DNA of 64,000 bases, taken from NCBI GenBank assembly GCA_050951805.1, contig JBMNJT010000002.1, forward strand, positions 128,001 through 192,000, written 5' to 3'. Below, in pieces: positions 1-10,178 of the stretch; position 1 is the first letter of the stretch, and each line of letters begins with the position of its first letter. The position numbers and the translations under genes are program-made. The DNA comes from Bacillota bacterium (GTDB taxonomy: Bacteria; Bacillota; DTU025). The notes beneath the pieces were generated by a model. That model made no database searches. It had not been told where the DNA came from and saw only the letters and a program-made list of their open reading frames with translations.

Positions 1-785
1 GGGGCGAGCGACCACAGATCCTCCAGTCCGTCGGTGACGGTCGGAGGGAGGTTGAGCCTTTCGGCCACTACGTATGCCGCGATGTCATGCTGGATCCACA
101 AGGTTATTGGCATGATGATCCCCGGCAGGGTTGAGGAGAGTCCGTAGGTATCGTCTGGTCCGGCAATCTGCGCCATGAGGCCCTCGTCCTGGTCTGCTAC
201 AAGGCCCATCCATCTGCCATACACCGCTGCTTGCAGGTATTGGAGGGGGCTGACGTAGTGCTCTACGGCGTCCTCTACTATACCTTTGCCTTCCCCGTAA
301 ACGAGGGTGAAAACTTTGACGCCCCTCGATTTCGCTTTTGCGATTTCGCCAGCCAGGCGGGGAAGGTCTTCGGCAAATACCGATATGTACAGCCTTCTCT
401 GTGATCTTGCGCACATTCTCTCTGCGGTTTCCGTCACTAGATCGTATCCTGTGACGACCGAAAAAGGGTCTTCTGTCCGCCCTTTGCTAAGCCTGTCCAA
501 TTCGACGGAGAGATAGGTGGTGAGATCCAATAGCTCATCCTGAAATCGGGCTATAAGGCTGTGGTGAGAGATTGGAGTGTAGTATTGCTTCCCGTCGACT
601 GATAGTGAATATGCGGCTTTTTTTCGCACCAATGACTCAAGGGTTTCGTATACTTTGGCTCGTGGCACCCCCGACAATTTGCTGGCCTCGTATCCTGTAA
701 TGCTTGGCTGTTTGACGAGGGCAGCGTATATCTTGGCTTCGTATTCAGTCAGGCCCATTTGCTGAAGACCGCTTATCAGATCCAT
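1..785 (-). CDS. TrmB-family transcriptional regulator (3' end runs off the window)
   Basis: Not in the ORF track. Manual translation from ATG at 785 (SD GGAGG) gives MDLISGLQQMGLTEYEAKIYAALVKQPSITGYEASKLSGVPRAKVYETLESL..., the classic TrmB wHTH motif; the frame is open to the window edge. Confidence 0.9.
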   Translation of the reverse strand, partial: MDLISGLQQMGLTEYEAKIYAALVKQPSITGYEASKLSGVPRAKVYETLESLVRKKAAYSLSVDGKQYYTPISHHSLIARFQDELLDLTTYLSVELDRLSKGRTEDPFSVVTGYDLVTETAERMCARSQRRLYISVFAEDLPRLAGEIAKAKSRGVKVFTLVYGEGKGIVEDAVEHYVSPLQYLQAAVYGRWMGLVADQDEGLMAQIAGPDDTYGLSSTLPGIIMPITLWIQHDIAAYVVAERLNLPPTVTDGLEDLWSLA

Positions 786-802
786 GGCAACCTCCCAGCG
801 GA

Positions 803-826
803 TAGTAACTACTAAAGTAGTTACTA
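803..826. promoter_or_regulatory. Perfect palindrome, putative TrmB operator
   Basis: TAGTAACTACT-AA-AGTAGTTACTA (11-bp arms) just upstream of the trmB start. A related AGTAGTACT lies next to TTGACA at 941-946. Confidence 0.6.
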
Positions 827-1307
827 AACTGCCATTTCATTATCTATCAGCGCCAAGCAGATGTCAAGCACTAGAACTTGCGTTTTATGCCTAGGAGCCG
901 ATATGTAAATTGAAGGGATTTGAGGTAGAGTAGTACTTAGTTGACATGTATATGTGCCGTGATACATTCTAATCAGCTGGGGGAAATACGGATGGGGGAG
1001 GTGGCGTGACAGGATTGAGGCGTCTTTTCAAGGAAGACAAGCTATATATAGGCAACTCGGACTGGAGCTGAGAGCATCCGCTAGTTCCGATAATGAGGAT
1101 GCTCATTAGTGGCCTGCTGATTGTGTGGTAGGGTGTTGCCGAGCACGATAGTGATCAGACGGGCAACTGTCACTTTGGTGTGCAGATAAATCGCTAAAAC
1201 GGGGTGTTCTTTCCCGCGTTGTCCGCCTATATCCAGCTATGCAGCGGGCACGATGCGCGGTATGGGCGAGAGCGAGTATACACAAAGGAAAGAGAGGGGT
1301 CAGCGAT

Positions 1308-1823
1308 TTGGCCAGCGCTTATCGGGAGATAAGGCCACCGGCAAAGAGGTTTGAGAGAAGCTGTGTTTCGGTTCTGCTGTGGTTTGTGGGCAGAGGGTTT
1401 CAGGCGGCCGCCCATGTAGACAAACATGTGCAGGACGAGGTGTGCGGATGGAAAGATGGGACTATTATCGCTATAGGAGTTGCGCCTTGCGGCCCGCACA
1501 TGAGCGTCAGAAAAACTGGCAACAGGTTGCGTTTCCTCGGCAATGTGAAAGCTCCGGACGCGGACGCTGTCATCGAATTCAAGAGCCTCGATGCCGCTCT
1601 GCTCGTCCTTACCGGACAGATCGGAATCGACCGGGCTTACGCGGAACATAGATTCTCTTTGAAAGGGGATCTGTTTTCCATAGGCATGCCGCTCGTTAGG
1701 TGCCTCTACATTGTGGAGTCGTACCTCTTCCCCAAAAGCATTGCCAAGAAGATTCTGAAGAGATGGCCAAAGAGGAGTTCCTCTGGGTTTGCAGTCTATT
1801 TCCACACCATTTTCGGGGTGTAA
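1308..1823 (+). CDS. Hypothetical protein, SCP2/sterol-carrier-like fold
   Basis: TTG start after SD AGAGAGGGG. The segment 'DAVIEFKSLDAALLVLTGQIGIDRAYAEHRFSLKGD' resembles the SCP2 C-terminal motif. First gene of the ADH-AOR operon. Confidence 0.6.
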   Translation: MASAYREIRPPAKRFERSCVSVLLWFVGRGFQAAAHVDKHVQDEVCGWKDGTIIAIGVAPCGPHMSVRKTGNRLRFLGNVKAPDADAVIEFKSLDAALLVLTGQIGIDRAYAEHRFSLKGDLFSIGMPLVRCLYIVESYLFPKSIAKKILKRWPKRSSSGFAVYFHTIFGV

Positions 1824-1840
1824 TAGAAGGAGGCTGAAGA

Positions 1841-3022
1841 ATGATTCCTTCTTATTATGAATTCATAAACTCTGTGAAGATACTATCAGGCAAGAATGCT
1901 CTTGAGAATATTCCGGCAGAACTCAGGGGATTCGAGGCCCGAAAGCCAATCCTGCTCACCGACAAGATGCTGGTCAAGATAGGCCTGGCGCAGCAGGTCG
2001 TAGATGCGTGCGGCGGATCTGAAATTGTGATCGGCGCCATGTATGATGATATCCCCCCTGATTCCTCAGTGGAAGTGGTCAATGACATAGTCCGTGTTTA
2101 TCGCGAAACGGGATGCGATTCGGTCATTGCTGTTGGGGGAGGTTCGGTGATAGATACCGCTAAAGGCGTATGTATTTGCTTAACCGAGGGGACTGATGAC
2201 CTTCTCGACCACATGGGTGTCGATATTCTGAGGAGACGTAAGACGCCTTTCGTGGTAGTGCCTACCACTGCGGGGACCGGTTCCGAGGTTACCGGGGTCG
2301 CTGTGATCGCAAACCCTGCAAAGAATGTGAAGATGGAATTTGTATCGGCCAACATTCTGCCTGATGTTGCTGTCCTCGATGTGAGGATGACAAAGTCGCT
2401 CCCGCCACGTCTCACTGCGTCCACTGGCATGGATGCTCTTGTGCATGCTATTGAGGCCTATACGTGTCTGCAGAGGAATCCCTTGAGCGATGCACATGCT
2501 CATGCGGCCATCAACCTGATCCGGAAGTATCTGCCCCGAGCAGTTCGAGACGGCAAGGACGAGGAAGCCCGGCTTGCCATGGCCAATGCATCGCTTCTGG
2601 CAGGTGTCGCTTTCTCCAACTCCATGGTGGGCATAGTCCATGCCGTGGGCCATGCATGCGGAGGGGTGTTGCGGGCGCCACACGGAGACTGCATGGCGAT
2701 ATTGCTTCCTTACGGGATGGAATATAATCTGAGTGCAGTGTCGGAGCGCTATGCGGAACTCCTTCTGCCATTGGCTGGACCGGAAGTATATGCGCGAACT
2801 TCTGCGTCGCAGAGGGCTGAAAAGTCGATTGAGACTGTTCGGGAGATGAGTGCAGAATACAGCAGGATCTGTGGGCTTCCGACTAAGCTGAGGGAGGTTG
2901 GCGTGAAAAAGGAGGATTTTTCGGCAATAGCCAGGGCGGCTGTGAATGATGGCGCTATGATAGTTAATCCGGTTGAAGCGGATGAAGACGACGTGCTGGG
3001 CATCTTGGAGAAAGCCTATTGA
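1841..3022 (+). CDS. Iron-containing alcohol dehydrogenase
   Basis: GGGSVID, PTTAGTGSE, GMDALVHAIE and His metal ligands (VHAVGH, PHG). Confidence 0.95.
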   Translation: MIPSYYEFINSVKILSGKNALENIPAELRGFEARKPILLTDKMLVKIGLAQQVVDACGGSEIVIGAMYDDIPPDSSVEVVNDIVRVYRETGCDSVIAVGGGSVIDTAKGVCICLTEGTDDLLDHMGVDILRRRKTPFVVVPTTAGTGSEVTGVAVIANPAKNVKMEFVSANILPDVAVLDVRMTKSLPPRLTASTGMDALVHAIEAYTCLQRNPLSDAHAHAAINLIRKYLPRAVRDGKDEEARLAMANASLLAGVAFSNSMVGIVHAVGHACGGVLRAPHGDCMAILLPYGMEYNLSAVSERYAELLLPLAGPEVYARTSASQRAEKSIETVREMSAEYSRICGLPTKLREVGVKKEDFSAIARAAVNDGAMIVNPVEADEDDVLGILEKAY

Positions 3023-3040
3023 TGGGAGGCTGGAGAGGCT

Positions 3041-4945
3041 ATGGAGGGTCGATATAGGGGCTATGCAGGAGAGACTTTGTTGATAGACTTGGGTTCGCGC
3101 CAAGTGTCAACATATCCATGGACCGACCTGGAACGGGAGCTGTATCTGGGCGGCAAGATCATGGCGGCTAAGATAATGCATGACATAGTGGATCCCGAAG
3201 TGGAGCCGTTTTCCCCTGAAAACCCGCTGGTTGTGACCACAGGCCCTCTCACTGGGTCAGGGGCGCCCAGCTCCAGCAGGTTCAACATCTCCACATTGTC
3301 GCCTCTCACAAACCTTTTGACATCGTCCAACTGCGGCGGGAATTTCGGGTTCCACCTGAAGAAGGCTGGGTTCGACGGCGTAATAATTACTGGTAAATCT
3401 CCGGAACCTGTCTGGATAGAGATAGACGATGGCAAGGTCGTTTTCCACGACGCCGGAGAGCTTTGGGGAAAGACGACAGGGGAAACTCAGGAGGCTCTTC
3501 CGAAGAACGCAGGGAAGATGGTGATAGGCCCGGCTGGCGAAAACCTCGTGCTTTATGCGTCTATTGTGAGCCAGGAGCGAGTTGCCGGGCGGGCGGGGGT
3601 TGGGGCGGTAATGGGGTCGAAGAACTTGAAGGCTGTTACTGCTCGCGGAAGCAGGAGGATGGTTCTTTACGATGAGGAGAAGGCAAAGGAGATATTCAAA
3701 GAGTGGGTCAAGGCACTCAGGGGGCATCCATTGACAGGGGTGCAACTTCCTCAACTGGGGTCGGCGGGGCTCGTGGCCCCGATGCAGTACAACAAGATAC
3801 TTGCGACGAGAAACTTTGCTCGCGGCCGATTTGACGAGTTTGAGGCCGTATCCGGAGAGACGCTGCGGGAAAAGCATCTTATAAGGAACAAGGGATGCAT
3901 TACGTGCCCCATCCAATGCGGAAGGGTGGTGGAGGTGGACGGCAAGGAGGTAAAAGGCCCTGAGCTCGAAACTTTGGGGCTGCTCGGGCCGAACCTGGAG
4001 AACTCCAATCTCGAGCTTATTCTGGAATGGAACTATCTTTTGGACGAGCTCGGCATGGATACCATATCCGCCGGCAGCACTGTTGGATTTGCCATGGAGC
4101 TTAATGAAAAGGGTTTGTGGGACAATGGCCTCGCCTTTGGCGAGGTGGACAACCTTGCAGACGTGTTCAGGCAGATCGCCTGCAGGGAAGGGATTGGGGA
4201 TCTTCTGGCCGATGGGACCAAGCGCCTTTCCGAGAGGTTCGGCGGCCGGGAGTTTGCTATACACTCCAAGGGCTTGGAGCTGTCAGCGTATGAACCGCGG
4301 CGTTCAGTCGGGATGGGGCTGGGCTATGCCACATCGAACAGGGGAGGATGCCATCTAAACGGGGGATACCTGGTTCTCCTTGAAGGGCTGGCACTCAATA
4401 TCGACCCGTTGACGACGAACTCAAAGGCGGCGTTGACCATTCTTTTTCAGAACATTATGGAGGCGGTGTCGGCGGGAGGGAGCTGTCTGTTCACGTGTTA
4501 CCTTGCCATGCCCGCGTTCATGCTGGAGGATGCGAACGCATGGACAACTAGGTGGATCAATCGCGCACTCACTCGCCACGGCCATCTGATGGGAGCTGTT
4601 GCGAAGATGCCGGGCTGGATGATGCCGTTTCACTTTCCCGGCCTCTGGCATACGCAGGCTCTTACTGCTGTAACCGGGATGAAGATGACCTTCGGGAGGT
4701 TTAAGGAGATAGGAGAGAGAGGATATAATCTCGAACGCATGTTCAACGCGAAAAGGGGAGTGACGGCGGCAGATGATGCGTTGCCGAAACGCCTCACCGA
4801 TGACCTGCAGGATCCTGAGGTTCCCGGAAGCAGGGTCCCGCTTGATGACCTGAAAAAGGAGTACTACAAACTGAGAGGTTGGGATTTTAACGGGCTGCCC
4901 AAGAAAGAGAAGCTGCGCAAGCTTGGCCTGGCGGGGGTGGATTGA
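3041..4945 (+). CDS. aor: Tungsten-dependent aldehyde:ferredoxin oxidoreductase family protein
   Basis: SPLT...SNCGG, IGPAGEN, GRAGVGAVMGSKNLKA, CITCPIQC, GPELET, DELGMDTIS, YATSNRGGCH. Confidence 0.95.
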   Translation: MEGRYRGYAGETLLIDLGSRQVSTYPWTDLERELYLGGKIMAAKIMHDIVDPEVEPFSPENPLVVTTGPLTGSGAPSSSRFNISTLSPLTNLLTSSNCGGNFGFHLKKAGFDGVIITGKSPEPVWIEIDDGKVVFHDAGELWGKTTGETQEALPKNAGKMVIGPAGENLVLYASIVSQERVAGRAGVGAVMGSKNLKAVTARGSRRMVLYDEEKAKEIFKEWVKALRGHPLTGVQLPQLGSAGLVAPMQYNKILATRNFARGRFDEFEAVSGETLREKHLIRNKGCITCPIQCGRVVEVDGKEVKGPELETLGLLGPNLENSNLELILEWNYLLDELGMDTISAGSTVGFAMELNEKGLWDNGLAFGEVDNLADVFRQIACREGIGDLLADGTKRLSERFGGREFAIHSKGLELSAYEPRRSVGMGLGYATSNRGGCHLNGGYLVLLEGLALNIDPLTTNSKAALTILFQNIMEAVSAGGSCLFTCYLAMPAFMLEDANAWTTRWINRALTRHGHLMGAVAKMPGWMMPFHFPGLWHTQALTAVTGMKMTFGRFKEIGERGYNLERMFNAKRGVTAADDALPKRLTDDLQDPEVPGSRVPLDDLKKEYYKLRGWDFNGLPKKEKLRKLGLAGVD

Positions 4946-4948
4946 TTC

Positions 4949-5206
4949 ATGATTGAGGTGCGCATCTATGGCCCGCTCAGGGAGAGATTGGGTACGGGTT
5001 CGCTCGAAGTTGAGGCATCGCGGGCGGGCTCCGTCGGCGAACTGCTTGCCGTGGTAAGCGAAGTCACTGAAGCGGCCAGTCTGTCGGAGCTGCGCAAAGC
5101 GTCAGTTTTCGTGAATGGGACGAATATCGTAGATTTGAGGCTGTTCAGGACTGCTCTGTTGCCCGGGGATGAAGTGGTATTGCTTTCGCCGTCGGGAGGC
5201 GGGTAG
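4949..5206 (+). CDS. MoaD/ThiS-family sulfur carrier
   Basis: 85 aa, VFVNG...GDEV...PSGGG with C-terminal GG; typical AOR partner. Confidence 0.9.
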   Translation: MIEVRIYGPLRERLGTGSLEVEASRAGSVGELLAVVSEVTEAASLSELRKASVFVNGTNIVDLRLFRTALLPGDEVVLLSPSGGG

Positions 5207-5414
5207 AAGGCAGGAGCGGTGCCCAAGGTTCACCTCAAAAAGAGATGACAAGGCCCTTACGTTCAGATGCCCTCAGGTCTGTTTGGTGAATCTTGATATT
5301 GAGTCCGGCATGATTTTTAGCCGGCCTTACAGTTGCAGAAGGTGTTGGGGATTGGCGATGTCCCCATCGGAGCATGGCCGAACGGTTCACTTGGGGAGGC
5401 AAATTGCTAATAGA

Positions 5415-5438
5415 AGAGCCCTGCAGGAGCAGGGCTCT
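5415..5438. terminator. Stem-loop between the convergent moaD and mcp genes
   Basis: AGAGCCCTGC-AGGA-GCAGGGCTCT, 10-bp stem. Confidence 0.6.
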
Positions 5439-5469
5439 CTAACACAACGTAGCCTAGTTCAAAGCGCAA

Positions 5470-7338
5470 CTAGGCGACCTTGAACTTGGCGACGTCATTC
5501 ATCATCTTATGCGCCATGTCGGCCATCAGCTCGGACGCGGCATGAATTTCACGTATTGAGGCGTTCACTTCCTCGGAGGATGCGGATACCTCTTCGATTG
5601 AGGCTGCGTTTTCTTCGGATATGGCAGCGATGTTCTCTACGGATTTTTGCACTTCTGCCATGCCTGCCGCCATCTGCTGGGCTGCAGCGGCATTTTCATC
5701 GGATACGGCAACCACTTGGCTCATGCCCTGATTGACTTGGATTGTGTCATTCATCAGTGCTTCTCCTAGTGTGGCTGTCGAGCCTGCAACAGCAAGGTTG
5801 TTCTGAGCGTTCTTTCGTATGACCTCTAAAGAGGCGGTTGCTGCTGATACTACAGGCACGCTTTTCTCTATCAGCTCTCCTGATGCAACAATAGCTTTGG
5901 CAACACGTCCAGTATCAGCTACTGTTCTCTCTATCAGCTTGGAGATGGTCTTGGTTTCTTCAAGCGATCCTTCTGCAAGTTTGCGCACTTCTTCAGCAAC
6001 TACCGCAAAACCTCGACCCTGTTCGCCGGCGCGCGCTGCCTCTATGGCTGCATTTAGGGCCAACAGATTGGTTTGGTCTGCGATGTCGCTTATTACTTGA
6101 ACAACCTGCCCAATCTGGCGTGAGCTTTCGTCTAGGCCTTTCGCTGCGCTTTCCACTTCGGCCGAAGCTTGTCGGATTTGGTTCATTATGTATTCAACCT
6201 CTTGGACAGATGCGTTACCTTCCTCAGCAGACTTGACGGTAATTTCCATATCCTTTTGCAGCTCTTTGAGGAAACCCGTCACTTTGCTGAGTTCTTCGGT
6301 CATGCGATCTACCAGTTCGGATGTGTTTTTCACTTGCATCATTTGAGTTTCGGCGCCTGACGCAACCTGATTCACGCTGGCCATTATCTGTTCACTGGCG
6401 GCTGCTGTCTCGTTTGCAGAAGAGCTTTCCTGCTCGGCGGCGTTTGCCATTTGCTGCACGGTTGCTGCTATCTGATCCACGGCTTGGGCTGATTCCCCGG
6501 CGGCCGCTGACAGCTGGGAGCTTGATCCGGCAACCTGCTCTGCAGTGCCCTGAACTTCGCGGACAAGGCTTGCGAGATTCTCCGTCATTCGACGCACAGA
6601 CTCATTTAGGGCTTCAATTTCGTCCCCTGTCTCGATCGATGGGATGGCGACAGTAAGGTCACCCATTGACATGAGGTCTGCTGCTGCCTGTATTCTTTCG
6701 ACTGGTACAGCAATGTTCTTCGAGAGGATTATGGTTAGGGCAATTACAGCCGCTAATGCGATTACCAGGCATATCCCGATGATGATCAGACCGTTTCGGG
6801 CTATTCTGTTTGCTTCTGCAATCCATTCATCGTTCACGTTGACGATGTAATCGCGCCAGCTGTTGATCGAATCGGTTAGTGCTGCGTTGGCAAAGGTTTC
6901 TTCGTCGATGAGCAGATTCACGGCCTGGTCCACAGAGCCATCGCTGATTGCGATGAACATTCGGTTTGCCATGTCCCTGTACATGGATTCAAAATCCATT
7001 ATGGCGTCTCTATATTCTATGGACTGGGCGTGTAGATCATAGTCATCCATGGCCTGCAGAGCCTTATCGATGCTCTCATTGATGGACTCGTATTCTGAGA
7101 TGCAGAATTCGTCCTGGGTGAGGATGTAGTCTCGGAGCACGACGCTTCTTTCCAACATGTGTGCACGGACCGTCAATATCTGTGTTTCAAGAGGGAGGCT
7201 TAGCTTGATGATATCTGTGTAGCGTTGAGCCGTTCTCTGGTTTGACCAGATGCCTGCAGCTGCAACGCCAACGGCCAGTGCTAACACTATTACGTAAGAG
7301 AAGATCAGTTTTTTGCGAATGCTCAATTTCAACCGCAT
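5470..7338 (-). CDS. Methyl-accepting chemotaxis protein (4HB sensor, HAMP, MCP signalling domain)
   Basis: Two TM segments, HAMP (GDLT...DEI), [37 protein letters not shown]; ATG at 7338 with SD GGAGGTG. Confidence 0.95.
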   Translation of the reverse strand: MRLKLSIRKKLIFSYVIVLALAVGVAAAGIWSNQRTAQRYTDIIKLSLPLETQILTVRAHMLERSVVLRDYILTQDEFCISEYESINESIDKALQAMDDYDLHAQSIEYRDAIMDFESMYRDMANRMFIAISDGSVDQAVNLLIDEETFANAALTDSINSWRDYIVNVNDEWIAEANRIARNGLIIIGICLVIALAAVIALTIILSKNIAVPVERIQAAADLMSMGDLTVAIPSIETGDEIEALNESVRRMTENLASLVREVQGTAEQVAGSSSQLSAAAGESAQAVDQIAATVQQMANAAEQESSSANETAAASEQIMASVNQVASGAETQMMQVKNTSELVDRMTEELSKVTGFLKELQKDMEITVKSAEEGNASVQEVEYIMNQIRQASAEVESAAKGLDESSRQIGQVVQVISDIADQTNLLALNAAIEAARAGEQGRGFAVVAEEVRKLAEGSLEETKTISKLIERTVADTGRVAKAIVASGELIEKSVPVVSAATASLEVIRKNAQNNLAVAGSTATLGEALMNDTIQVNQGMSQVVAVSDENAAAAQQMAAGMAEVQKSVENIAAISEENAASIEEVSASSEEVNASIREIHAASELMADMAHKMMNDVAKFKVA

Positions 7339-7749
7339 TGCACCTCCATGGCTTCGCTTAATACCTTTATCGGCAGGTTTGAGCAGGATCTTCACAGGAA
7401 AAAATGTGTCGGAAGGACACTACATGGATGGTATAGACCGGATATAGCCAAACATTCAAGTGTGTGGGGAAACCAAGATAGATGTTGGTATTATGCCTGC
7501 AACGAGTTGCATTCCGGCTCGGGGCGCGGCATCACGCAAGGAGCAAATGTTGTGAAAAACACCAGGATTTCGAGAAGGACATATGGCGCAGGACGATAAT
7601 ATGTAATGTGACTAGAGGCGTGCCGGTATGCGCTTTCCGGTATTAGACAGCCTGCCAACACGTACTATGACGACACAAAATGGTTCCACTCATTCTCACA
7701 CTTGACATGCTAACCAACCTGGTGCATTAAGCAGCTTGAACCGGAACCG

Positions 7750-7845
7750 TGTGAATTGCCCGGTTTGAGGGATGAAAATTCGATTGCCTAGGCCGACCCG
7801 TGACAGCGTTTGTCGAGTTTAAGAGCATCTATAATGGATTTGCTT
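7750..7845 (+). ncRNA. Candidate degenerate mini-CRISPR / crRNA-like RNA (pseudo-repeat, 37-nt spacer, pseudo-repeat)
   Basis: 7766-7779 TGAGGGATGAAAAT matches the repeat 3' end at 12/14. 7817-7839 GTTTA-AGAGCATCTATAATGGAT matches the repeat 5' part at about 18/24 with one gap. The intervening 37 nt equals a typical spacer length. Confidence 0.45.
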
Positions 7846-7998
7846 CAATGATGTCGCAGCTTTTGTTGTTGTCGGCCATCTGAAGACATATCCAAGTCTG
7901 ATGCACCTTCTGGGGCTGATGGGTACTGCCACAAGTGTAACTCGTCTAGTGAGGCTGTGAGATGATTCATACTTTCTGTAACGATTAGGGGGGATTGC

Positions 7999-10149
7999 AT
8001 GCTCATAGAGAACCTAATTAGGATTGGAAGGCCCTTCGTTCAGGGCGGGTTGCCGCCAGGAGAGATTATCAAGCAGATTACCGATGTAGCGGAGCCCACG
8101 GCAAGGAATTTCCTTTCACGGGTCTGGGTGGTGGAGATTGATCGCAGGGACGGACAATTCCGAACGGGGCGTCTTCATGTGCAAGAATGGGGCAGCTATC
8201 AGGCAAGTGGCAAATCCTCTAAGGAGGTCTTCGAGCCAGATCTTGATCGTGCGGTTGGTGCGCCTTTCGTTCTCCCAAAGGGTGGCAACCCTCTCTTGCC
8301 TCAGGGGAGATACGGCTTGCCAGTGTATCCCATATACGACCGGACGGTGAGGGAAATAATGGACGCCGAGCGTGATGAGGCTATTGAGCTTTGCTCGTCA
8401 TTTCTGTCATCTCGCATCGAAAGAACCTCGGGGTTTGAGCTTTCGGAGTCGGAAATAGCGGCGGTTGGCTGTCAGATGGCTGATGGGATCAGATCTACTT
8501 GTGTGGAGGACAACGTTAAGGCACTGGGCCTTATCATTCTAGCAGAGTCAACGGAAAATGGCCCTTTTGGCCGAGAAGATTTCCTGCCTTCTGGAAATCC
8601 TCATCTTGCATATGTTGGCCCTTCTGTTTTGGAAGAAGGCAAACATATCATATCTAGGTTGGACAGGTGTGTTGAACCGTTTTGGGAGGCCAAGATAGAA
8701 GAGGGAGTCGAAGGAGGTGAACGGGTTGGGCCAGATGCTGTATGCTTCTTCTGCGACAACGTTGGTAGGACAATATCTGCCTACTGTAAGGCTTGGCCTT
8801 GGATGACTCCAACCTGGGAGTTTCCATTTCCCGCATCGTGGATTTCGAGAAGATCAAGATCCTCCGGCATTGATCACATGGTGGAGGGCATTGCTCTGTG
8901 CGAGGAGTGCTACAAGGCGTTGTTTTACGGTGCAAGCATCTTCCTCAAGTTGTCTACGCCGATGGATACGTGGCTTACTCGAGAGCTCTTCTCGCCTGTC
9001 ACAAGCGCAGGCGGGAGAGAGACTTCAAGGGAGAGAGGAAAAGTTGAGCCAATCTACGGCAGCGCGATAGCCCTCCCGATTCTGGATATGTCTTTCGACG
9101 ATCCAGACGATCGCGAGGAATTTGTTGAAGCAATCTCCTACATGCTCACACAGTCTGATGGTCATGGAGCAGATATGCATTTGAGTTCTATTGCCGGTCT
9201 GGAAGTTTTTATTCCCGAACAACTGAGCAAAGATGATTTTAGAATAAGCATCATGTATTTCAGCGGTAACGTGTCCCAGGGGAATGTGCACCTCAGAGCT
9301 ACCATAGAAGATGTATTGCCATCAACAGCCCGTCTGCTTACCAGGCTGGTGAGGGAAATAGGCGATATTTCCTTGGACATTGCGCGGGCAGTGCGATCTA
9401 GGGACATATCCGATAAGGAATCGGCATTTCTTAAGTCCAGGTATTCCTCATTGCCATACCTTCTTACAATGGCTTATGGAGGCCCTTACCTTTGGGATAC
9501 ACTTTCTTCTGCGTTGCACAGAGCCGATCTTAGCTATCCAAGATTTGTTTCGAACAGTGCTATTAGGATGGGGCAACTGGCACGTCAATTGCCTGATAGT
9601 AGGGATGTCTTTAAAGACGAAGTCATATTCTATCTTACATTCCGCGAGTTTCTCAGGCTTTACCGGGAGAAAATCATGGTAACAGAGAGAGGGGGAGCGT
9701 ACATCGGCATGCGAAACTGGAGAACGCTCTTGGATATGATGTCCAAGGAATTGCCAACGGATATGTGCTTTAAAAACGTTGAAGAGCTTGGTTTTGGATG
9801 TGGGTACCTCACGGGGGTGTTTGCAAGACAGTATTGGGCGGCAACCAAATTCGGAGACAGCGGGAAAGACTACCTAAAGCATCGTGTCATGACATTTGGA
9901 ACAGATCTCAGTCCGGATGTTCTTCACAAGCGTGGTCTTGGTCGCATGGAAGAAGTGGCCAGAAGGGTAAATATGCATCTATCCGAAGACTTCAGAATTA
10001 GGTTGGGGATTGTACTTGCTGAGTATGCCAGGATGGAAGACGATGTAAGCAGCGATCGTCATGGCTTCATGGCAGCTTTCTGGTCCGGTTATAACTTGTC
10101 ATCAGTTGCGGCGCAGGAAAAGCGCAGTGCTTCGGAATCCTTGACATAG
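7999..10149 (+). CDS. cas8b: Type I-B Cas8b large subunit (TM1802/Csh1-like)
   Basis: 716 aa, first gene before cas7-cas5-cas3, with CFFC...CEEC Zn-finger pairs. Assignment rests mainly on position and size. Confidence 0.8.
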   Translation: MLIENLIRIGRPFVQGGLPPGEIIKQITDVAEPTARNFLSRVWVVEIDRRDGQFRTGRLHVQEWGSYQASGKSSKEVFEPDLDRAVGAPFVLPKGGNPLLPQGRYGLPVYPIYDRTVREIMDAERDEAIELCSSFLSSRIERTSGFELSESEIAAVGCQMADGIRSTCVEDNVKALGLIILAESTENGPFGREDFLPSGNPHLAYVGPSVLEEGKHIISRLDRCVEPFWEAKIEEGVEGGERVGPDAVCFFCDNVGRTISAYCKAWPWMTPTWEFPFPASWISRRSRSSGIDHMVEGIALCEECYKALFYGASIFLKLSTPMDTWLTRELFSPVTSAGGRETSRERGKVEPIYGSAIALPILDMSFDDPDDREEFVEAISYMLTQSDGHGADMHLSSIAGLEVFIPEQLSKDDFRISIMYFSGNVSQGNVHLRATIEDVLPSTARLLTRLVREIGDISLDIARAVRSRDISDKESAFLKSRYSSLPYLLTMAYGGPYLWDTLSSALHRADLSYPRFVSNSAIRMGQLARQLPDSRDVFKDEVIFYLTFREFLRLYREKIMVTERGGAYIGMRNWRTLLDMMSKELPTDMCFKNVEELGFGCGYLTGVFARQYWAATKFGDSGKDYLKHRVMTFGTDLSPDVLHKRGLGRMEEVARRVNMHLSEDFRIRLGIVLAEYARMEDDVSSDRHGFMAAFWSGYNLSSVAAQEKRSASESLT
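9709..10149 (+). CDS. cas11: Probable internally translated Cas11 small subunit (146 aa)
   Basis: In-frame ATG at 9709 preceded by the SD-like AGAGAGGGGGAG within cas8b. Internal Cas11 translation is established for types I-B, I-C and I-D. Confidence 0.6.
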   Translation: MRNWRTLLDMMSKELPTDMCFKNVEELGFGCGYLTGVFARQYWAATKFGDSGKDYLKHRVMTFGTDLSPDVLHKRGLGRMEEVARRVNMHLSEDFRIRLGIVLAEYARMEDDVSSDRHGFMAAFWSGYNLSSVAAQEKRSASESLT

Positions 10150-10178
10150 AGAGCAAAGCGTGAGAGGAGAGAAGACTT

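Noticed and set aside
85-516. Track ORFs 85-414 and 307-516
   Set aside because: They are shadows of the trmB frame, which the track missed because it has no stop in the window.
2180-4264. Long antisense ORFs (307 and 335 aa), and similar ones opposite the S8, GH130 and cstA genes
   Set aside because: They lie opposite well-supported genes, are expected from codon bias, and carry no motifs.
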